Shown in pieces: positions 28,101-37,882 of a stretch of DNA of 64,000 nucleotides. Made by a program: the position numbers and the translations under genes. Location of the stretch: contig CM120645.1 in the NCBI GenBank assembly GCA_051362555.1, positions 18,910,001 to 18,974,000 on the forward strand. Reading direction: 5' to 3'. The notes below the pieces were generated by a model. It searched no databases. It had not been told where the DNA came from and worked only from the letters and a program-made list of their open reading frames with translations. The stretch comes from Lingula anatina (Eukaryota; Animalia; Brachiopoda). Position 1 is the first letter of the stretch; each line of letters begins with the position of its first letter.

Positions 28101-29926
28101 TAAGTATGGGTGTTCCACTCAAGTGGCTCTGCAGTCTGCCAGTAAAATCTGACCACTATGAGTCATCAGTGGTCAGTTGGAAAATAAAAGAGCATGGATC
28201 TCTGTATGTCCTTTCTTTTTTATTCCCCTTTTTCCTTTTCAACGGAGAAATTCGAGTGTTTTTTCAGCTGATACCAAATGAAAGTATCCTGTTACCACTG
28301 GTATTAAGTCTGCCCTGCTTACTGCCATCAGGTACAAAATCTGAATTTATGCTAACAGCCACAAAATCAGCCTATTTTATTCTATCTGATAATATCAGCT
28401 TGCAGAATTCTATTTAGACTTCAACAATCTGCCTTGAAATCAGCTCATCGTTCACCTCAGCTTGGAATGGTAATATGCAGGTGAAACAATTTCCAGTAGT
28501 GTGTTTGTCCAGAGAACACATCAGGTCCTGTGCATGCTCAGCCAGAGAGTGAGCTGTGATCTCAAACTTCTGGAAACTACCTGCTGAGAGATTAAGCCAT
28601 CTTCTGCCTCAGTGTTCAGACTGGCAATGCAGGTAAATAGGCCTTAAGTAGATGTCAGGACCTGTGAAGAAATTGAACTGAAATTATCCCTTGAGAAAGG
28701 GTCGTTACCCTGTATCTCCAGAGCAGGAAAAATGTGTTTCCTCAGAGGAGAAAATAAGCTTCCAGGAAGATACAGAGCCAGCAATTGGTTCCAGATAAAT
28801 CTAATCTATGGCAACATGCTGCAAGGTAACCGGCTTTTAGAGAAGGTTGGTTTGAATTGGGACCACCTTGTAGATATATGATCACCTAGCCTTGCTTTCA
28901 GGTAGTCCTGGCTAGTGGAATCAGTGGTCAGTGACCCTGGTCAAAGTTTTTATGTCCACACGCTGAGAGAACTCAAACATCTGTGAGTGTGTTACCTCAT
29001 TGCCTGTGGACACTGTTCCAGTTTTTATTTTTTCACAAATTGTCCAGTGAAGTCTGTCCGCCTTGTTTATAAATACAAAAAAATGGCTCCAGTCCCCGTG
29101 ACACTGTACAAAGCTCTGCTTCCTAGTGTACACTGCCGACTTTCAATATTGCCACTGCCTGCACAGTATGGTATATTTCAGGCCTCCGTGCAATCACACA
29201 TGCATGCACATGTTATCCTCTGACCTGCGCCAGACTGTGTACTGTGCAGAAGCCCTGTGCCTCCCTCTGGTCCTTGGGCCAATAATGGGATGTCAACGCT
29301 ATTACCATGGGATCCGTGGCCTTCACAGAGCATGCAGAAGCGCTGTGATCAATACAATGGCGGTGAATTGAACAGAAAAGCCCCAGGATTTACCGGGGCT
29401 CTCCTAAACAACTGTATCATTTGTTTGCTCTCAGCTGGAGTACTATTGTTGTAAAGTCACTGGGCTTTGTATGCACTCCATTGTACAGGAGATATACAAA
29501 ATCCATCCTGCCGATAAATGCATGTAGTTATCACTGATTAGAATGGATCTTGGGTGAAAAAAATAGTGCTATTGTTTTAGAAGTGTTTTGTTCCTTGAAT
29601 TGTTTTCTAACAAGGCACAAGGTTCTGCCACAATTTAAATGCTGTGCTGATGACAAGTAGTATAAAATTTTGTAAGACATTGACTAGAATTTATTAACTG
29701 GAAATTTTATCCAACTGTAGATTTGAACCAAATCAGTAAAGGATTAAATGAAAATAAGTGAAATAATTTACTTTTACTGAGCCAATTATAAATGTGTAGT
29801 ATGCTAGAGAGATTCAAGGCTATTTCTGTACAAGTGGAGATTATATTACTTCTTTACTTAAGGTAAGGGTATATGCCAATGCTGTAAATAGTTCCTGTGT
29901 AAGTGAGTACATATTATTTATAAACA

Positions 29927-29972
<46 letters not shown>

Positions 29973-32900
29973 GTCATAAGGGAATCATCATAGTCACTGA
30001 TAGTTTAGATGAAATTTTACATATCTCTAAAAAGCATGAGTTTGCCTTGAGTCTGAGAGTTTTTTCTTTTTGTGAGTAGCATAAAATCTTAAAGGATTTT
30101 GTAGATTTTTACTGAACTATGTATTTCAACTATATCAGTAATCCTAGACTAGTGATTGCTAAATGAATCTGTAGCAAAAACAATTCAGAACTATTTGCAG
30201 ATGTTAAGGATAATTTTGGCAAGTAACATATTGTGTGTGCTGTTACTGTTAATACTCAACTGGGATTCAACTGGGAACTCTTCTGCTTTATCTCTTGCAT
30301 ACAACCCCTTAGCCTCCAAAACAGCAGTGAAATGATTGAGAAAATTCACCAGTCATTACTCTTTATCATATTGAACATTTCTGGGTGAAAGTTGACTTCT
30401 TGCATGCAATTGAGTAACTGATGATTATTTTTATTTCAGCTCAGACACCGTATCATTTTTACTTGACATGCAAACGGAGAAACATCACGATGCAGGTTTT
30501 AGAATGAGCCATTTACCATTCAAGTTTGGTTTTGCATGTAGCAGCTGATTGAAATATATCTTGTTTTTTAATTCCATTTTTCAGCAAGTGCCCCTGCTTC
30601 ATGTCACAAGATCGCATCAAGGGCACTGGTGTGATCAGAACTCAGGCTTTGAGAAGACATTTTTTGTAATCATCTCTGCCCATTCTACATTTAGAATTGA
30701 ACATTATTAAATGGTGATGGCTGAAGATTGCTTTATAAGTCGGTCTCGAAAATTAATTTTGGTCAAGAAATAAGGGCAGTTGAAACAGGCAAAAAAAAGG
30801 AAAAATTCTCGACGCAGAAAAATAATCATAATAATTGTTTTACATTTTCTGGGGTAGCGCTGGCAATTTTTTTCTCTTAGCCAAATCACTACTTTTTCAT
30901 TATTTTTTTCTCCAAATGGTTTAAATTTAACTAAAACAAGTCAAATCAACCAGTTTTTGTTTAGCCAAATTAAGTCAGTTTTAGCATTTGGCTAAATTGG
31001 CGAGTGTTAGCGCTACCCCAGATTTTCATTTTTAAAATATTGGTGTCCATATTGTTGATTCACTGTTGAATGAGGGGGGAAAAAAGACAGGGAAGCTGGT
31101 AACTCTTGATCACTGGCTATCAGTCTGATGGGTTATAAAGAAATTCAAGACAGCCTCACACACACGCAAATCTCTAAAAGTAGATCGAAAAGTTCATATA
31201 AAATAAATCAAAATGAAAAAAAGGAATAAATCTAATACGTGTATTAACAGGGGGTATATCTGTTATCAATCTTGTGATGCTTTTAATTGCAACCATGAAA
31301 CAATTTTTACATAAGATCAGTGTCTGTGCGACAAACAAAAAAAAATATATCCCAATTGAAAACTGTCGACATTTATTGCTTTTCCAATAATGAAGCTTGT
31401 CCCAGTGGGACCACTCAATCAATTATGTATACATACATATACAGAAAATCAAGATATGGTAAACGGCTACGGAACCGACACCAGGACACCAGTAGATAAA
31501 TGCACACAGAGTTATGGCATAGTTTAGAAATCTGTTAGAAGAATTCTAATCTGCAATAAGATAATAATGTATTTGTAATATGGGAAGCGTAAGAGTGAAG
31601 TTACACATTTAGTTGTTTTACTATAAATGAAATGCATGATATAAAAGTTACACAGTTACGAAGATGAAAACAAGTTTTGTTGAGAAAGGGGCATATTGTG
31701 TTGCCAAGTCATATCAATATGATGGTGTTCTTAAGAGATATACATGCATTAAAATTATGTACTTAACTGATACTCAGTACAAATGCACATAATTTTGGTT
31801 GATTCGACCATCTTTAAAAAGATTTTTTTCTTCTTTTTTTATTCTGGAGTTCCTTAAAAAGAGAGCCAAATGCAGGAGTCCAATTTTGAGGTCACAAGTG
31901 CCTAGATGACAGTCACTGTGACAAACTTCCTGGTATCTGAGAGATTCCAGTGTTCGATAATTTTGCCTGGTGCTGCTATTGGTTAACTGACATCTTAGAC
32001 TTTTTGAAGACACAGATATTTTTTGTCACTGAAATATGATGCATACATTTTATCTAGAAAATCATGATAAAAGATGTGTTGGAAGACTGAAACGTAGTTA
32101 TTTTGTCTGCCTTTGAACATGCTTTATTGATATCTGTTGATCAGATATTATTAGGTCTGAAATTGCATTTATACACGGCTACGAGTCATCAACTACATTG
32201 AACAGGAAGTCTTAAATAGTATTTGATAACTTGAAGGAGCTGTTAAGACACCTAACCACCTATTTGTGCTGTAAATGTAGACTTATTCTGAGGGCTGCAT
32301 GCATTTATGGTTACATTCCTTGATTGTCTGTGGACTCTCTGTTGTTGGAGTTGGCAGGTTTTTGATTTTACTTGGCATAAGGAGATTTATTCAGCACAGT
32401 CTAGCCCAAACAAAGAATACGTGAGGCAATGGGGTTGTGTTTGTACGTGGAAATGAGAAAGATATTTAAAAAGCATGATGGCTCTTTGAAAGTAAATATT
32501 TAAGATTTATTTATTTATGATCCATTTAATTTGATTGTAAATAACAATTGCATTAAGTCATTTTATAAACATTTGTTTATAGATATTTATATTTATAAAT
32601 TTATTTTATATTTTGTCCTTATATTTTTAACTGAGAGAGTGTGTGTGCATGGGGAAGAGGGGGACTGAACGGAATTGCACTCTAGTGCAGATAAATGAAA
32701 AAAATTCTACAAATACGATGCTTGGAAGGTTTGCCAGAAGCTCTTCCAAAAGAATAAATATATAAGACAGTCTCAAATATTAGAGGAGGCGCCAAGAAAG
32801 CATTTGTGCAGATTACCACTCGCCAAGGAACACTTAAGTTTTTTTGTTCTTCCTTTAACTAAGGCTTTCCGAGAGGCAGTCAGGCGACCATATTGAACAG

Positions 32901-33889
32901 GTGTGCATCTGTGTAAATTACCTGGAGTTTCCAGGAATGGCTGTGATCAAGGGGGAATAATTTATTGATTGAGTTATTCTTGTGCACAGTTATGTACCTG
33001 TCTCGGTGGGGTGTGAGAAGAGGCCTGATGCCTGCGTGGCTGGGTAGCTCACCTAACTGCATCGAAAAAAAAAAAAAAAGACAGAAATTGACTGTTCTCA
33101 GATTTTGAACTTGGTGTTTTGAGAACTTATGACATCTTTGCTGAAAAAAGAAATTCTGTAATTAGTGTCTATTGGAAAGCAAGAAATTTTGCTTTTGATT
33201 TTAAGGTTTTAAGGTTAATGAATTAAAGAGAAGAAAAGTGACTGATGAGAGTGGGGTTACTTTTTAGTTACTGTTTGTAAGACTAAAATTGAAATGTAAC
33301 TTGAAAACAGCTCTAATGTTGTGAATTCATTTAATATATTCCCATTATAGGGAGAAAACTCTAATCATGATCTTTACTGTTGATAATTCTTAGCACAAGG
33401 GTAAATCTAGCCCTTACAAGTGTGTGTTGTTTCATAATTGTTGTTCAGCTTGATAAATTATGATTACTTTTCAGGTCTGCCAATCCTACCCATGGGTTTA
33501 TAGTGCTGAACAGGCTGGGGATGAACAATCAAATAGAACCAATCACCAAAGAGGTAGAATTCCAGGCACAAACACCATTCTTGCTGTATAGAAATGGAAA
33601 ATGTAAGTGTTTGTTAGCACCAATTTTAACTGTTGTATCTAGTTCTACTTCACAGTCTTTTTGCAGTAAATATGGTTGAGAATTGATTTCTTGCTCATTG
33701 CTCAGAGTGGCTTCTCTACTGCAATGAGCCATTTTGCTGTGGATGTCCGTCTGGCTTTCTAATGTACAGGGGTATATTTTATATGCAGAACAGTGTGTCT
33801 GTGTGTAAGTATTCTGCCGTGGCCCGTCCTACAGTGCAAAAAAAAATGTTATTCAAGGAATCAAAAGTGCACCTGCTTATCCACTCGTG

Positions 33890-33946
<57 letters not shown>

Positions 33947-36900
33947 TATCCATCTGCCTGCCTTTTGATATGATTCAAGCTTATTAGAGAAACAAAATGA
34001 TTTTTGTTGTTCAGTGTGCTACAGATTACGGTACACTCGTAAGACAACATCTGCTTATTTGGAGTCACCCATTACACGTTATGTAAATAATTTACATGGG
34101 GGCCTTTAAAATTTTGCTCAGTATACATTAATGTATCCTGGTACTGCCACCATATTTGGGTAAAAATATGATCTTCAGTTTCTAGTTATTTATTACATAT
34201 GCAGCTTCATTTTCCATTATATCATATCTTGTTGCATGTCATAGTTTGTACTTCTGGTTGATTTCAGCTATATGTGGTATATGGTTCTATGACAAAGAAG
34301 AATGTGAAAGAATTTCAGAATTAGTAAATAGGTAGGTTGTGTGTACAGAAATAGGAGTCCAGAGAATTTCATCTGGTCTTCTTAACTGCATAGATAAATA
34401 TGCAGTTCCTGGTTAAAATATATGTATTTTATGATTCTGACATACCTTGGATTGATTTTATTGTAGGCAATAATCTTCAATGTATTCTGAAATCAAAACC
34501 TGTATATTTGATATTGCACCAGGCTCACCATACTAAACTTGATATTTAATCAGGTTCACCATATTTGATATTGAACCAGGTTTGTCATATATTGTAATTG
34601 AAATTAAACCAGATTTGCCTTATCATATTTGATATTAAACAAGGTTCACCATACTAAATTTGATATTAAACCAGGTTCACCAGATCATATTTGATATTAA
34701 ATCAGGTTCACTATACTATATTTGATATTAAACCAGGTTCACCAGATGATATTTGATATTAAATCAGGTTCACTATACCATATTAAACCAGGTTTACCAT
34801 GTTATGACTTCTTTGCTCTATGTTTTCTAGCGTAGCCAGCCAGCTGAAGAGAGCTGGTAATAATCGCAGCAAAGGTGCTGAGGACGGCAAGATGAGCAGT
34901 TCTCAAAGGAGACAGGTGGATATCATGCAGATGTTATCCAAGGCACAGGATGAGTACGACAAGGTGATTACTATTATCAATATATATATTCTGAATTGGT
35001 AAACACTTTGGGTCCTACCAAAGAAAAAGATCATAAAGGCTATACCACTAAATAGGGCAGATCAGGATCACAAAAGAGGGTGAGAGCTGAGCCACTCAGT
35101 TCAATGTGATATAATGCTAAATAGTACAAAATAGAATAGAATGGGAGTTGTATTATGAAAAAGAGCAGTAGCTGTATCACAAGATGGGAATTGTTCAACA
35201 GCATGGCTTTCCAAATATAGAATTTCCATACAAATGTAGATTAACAGACCCTTTCTTCATTTCACTTAAAGTAAAAAGAATATACTCTTTTTGAAAAAAG
35301 TGGTTTTTGATTACTTTAAAAGTACTTTGTCTTTGTTTTAAAAACAGGTAATATATCCAAACAATACCTTTAAGGCTGGTTAGATGTAAAGTATTTCTCA
35401 TCTACTCAGCTGCAGCAATTTGTTCTCTCATGTGGCCTGCTGCTGGACTGGCAACTGCCTAAACCGTGCATGCAGTTGATGGTGTCATCAGCAGATTTTG
35501 GTTTGACCCAGGGGCAGGTTTCACCATGATGGCAATGCTAAATTCAGCTCTGCAGTTGATTTTATTAGAAGGATCTAAATTGTTAGCATGGGGCCCTTTG
35601 ACTAATGAAGGTGTTTCGAAACCAGTCCAGATTCTGACGCCAAGATACCAGGACACACTTGCCACCTTGAAACATAAGCTTGTGATAACTTATTGTTTTG
35701 AAAAAAAAAATTAGTGTCTGTTATCATTATCGTGACTGACTTAGGTCTAAGTTAAACAGTTCTCAAGAGTTGTGAAGATTCTTTTGCTTACCATTTTTAT
35801 CTAAGCTGGTAGAAAATTTCAAATCTCAAAAGCATGGGGACATATCTCAAATAATGATAAGTGATGTTCAAAATTCCAAACTGATAGTTGAAGTTCTACA
35901 ATGACTATCAGTTACAAAAGTGGCTTTAGTTTGACCCATTGAGATTTGCCCCCTATGCCTTTAATATGTACATGATGTCTTACTTATACTTCTTTTCACA
36001 TTCTGTGTTTTTCTACCGTTGCGTGGTCGCAAACTTGCACTCCGTCGCAAACTCTCCACAAGGTCTACTGGGTCTTCTTGTGCTATGCGTTCCATCTCGT
36101 TGTTGTGGCTATTGCGTCTGGTATCTGTGTCCAGGATTGAGAGAAATAACTTCATGGCTCAATCAGAGTAGAGAATTTTTCATCCCAGTTGTACAGTGCA
36201 GCGTTTGTGCCGTCAAGAGTATTTTGTTTTTGTTTTTTTCCTTTTTTGCTAACTGCTGGTCACTTCTGTTGTTACAAATAGCCCTCTCATGCCACTGGTG
36301 AAGACACTGCCCTGTCTAATGTCCAGTGGTCAATTCCAGTATGCTGTCTTGTTCAATAAATACAAATTGTGAAATATTCTGAGATTGAGCTTTTTTCTTT
36401 TTATCGTCCTGTAGCATACACACAGATCCTGATTAAATTTGACATCAAGATTGTTGAAAGACGGACACTTGAAAATACTTGCTAACTCTTTCATTAATAG
36501 CCCTGCTAAAAGTTTTTCCTTGAGTTTCTCATTATAAGGAAGGTCACCTAGACTTGACATAACTTTGAAAATTAAAACTGCTGCACAAGTGAACCCTCAC
36601 TGTTAAGATTTATCCATATTTAGGGCAGGAGTGCTCTGTGTGGTAGAAATAAGTGTGTATTACAGGAATGCAGTAATGTTTTTGCACCTGGATGTACAAC
36701 AGGGGAGTAGATTTGTTTACTGGAAAATTGGCCCTAAGTTAGTCAGCTGACAGTTAATTAGTGGTAATCACTTCCTTGTGGATAGCCTTGTCCCTGCCCT
36801 CATGTATATATGTATAATGTGGTGATAGCTCAGAAGCTGCCCAAGGTAGGTGGGGAGGGGGGGTCATCAGACGTCAGACGTCAACTCTATGAAATGAAAC

Positions 36901-37827
36901 AAAATTAAGTAATTTCTAGGATTTTTTCCTTTGTATTTTCTTTGTATTTGCTGTTTATAATACCAGTTTTGTTTTTGAGTCAAAATTATTCAGACAAAAT
37001 ATGAGTTGCTTGTACTGGTTTTTGCCAGATGGTGGTTAACAGCTTAACAAAAGTACATTCAGAAGTACCTAAAACCAACAGGACTTGCTCTTAGATGAGA
37101 AATTTTAATTTGGAAGTCCACTGCCATTCTTACTCAAAGCCAATAAATCCCCATCTTTGTTTTCTGGAACAGAAATGAAAGAAGGGAAAAAAATTGGGGA
37201 AAATGCAACAAGGCCCTTGTATAACATGTAAATTAAAGCAGAGTGTACAAGCCAGTTAACCCCAGGAGTAATTTTCAACCGTGCTAAATATTCCATGAAT
37301 TGTGGGAGGTATTCCCAGCCTTGCTGTGTTTCCTGTAAGTTATGGTCTACAGAGAGCCGTGTAGAGCTCTAGGGTATAGGTAGGGTCTGGGCAGGGGGAA
37401 GGAGAAGAGAGATCAGCTTTTTATTCCAATCAGAGTCAGTGGACCCATCTTTTTTTTCTTTGATTTTGTTAGTATTATGTAATTACATTCAATTTTCAGA
37501 CCCACCAGGATCCCCAGCTCATGGCTAATAAATAATTTGTTGTATTGTTTGTACCAATCACATTATCTGTTACACTGTACTTTCAGAGCTCCAAGGAGCC
37601 CCAGCCAATGATAGACAATCCCGGGGCCAGTGCTACCCCTGTTAGCTCCAGTGACTTGCTCAAACCAACCCCCAGAGTGGCCTCTCCACATCTTGCTGGT
37701 ATGTGTCCGTGATAGTCTCCTCTTTTATGTCAGACTCTTCATTACAACCTCTCACATGCATGCACATGTGCATACGCATGAACACTCACATGCATGTGCA
37801 TGCATGCCCATACGCACACATGCACGT

Positions 37828-37882
<55 letters not shown>

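Noticed and set aside
31774-32100. Penelope-like GIY-YIG tail (TLESLR) and hammerhead-like gaaacgt
   Set aside because: No CTGANGA core or stems, the two hints are on opposite strands, and the similarity is too weak.
34262-34268. Non-canonical acceptor 3 nt upstream for DCP1 exon 4, which would add one residue to match vertebrate spacing as I recall it
   Set aside because: There is no AG at that position, and the canonical CAG at 34265-34267 keeps the frame.
35524-35562. SECIS-like ATGA...AAA...TGAT pattern
   Set aside because: Only 9 nt between the quartet and the AAA, helix II is poorly paired, the site is intronic, and neither gene has an in-frame TGA.
35961-36560. Minus-strand ORFs (76 aa and 64 aa) as a nested gene
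   Set aside because: Separated by stops in every frame I checked, with no recognisable domain and no consistent splice sites.
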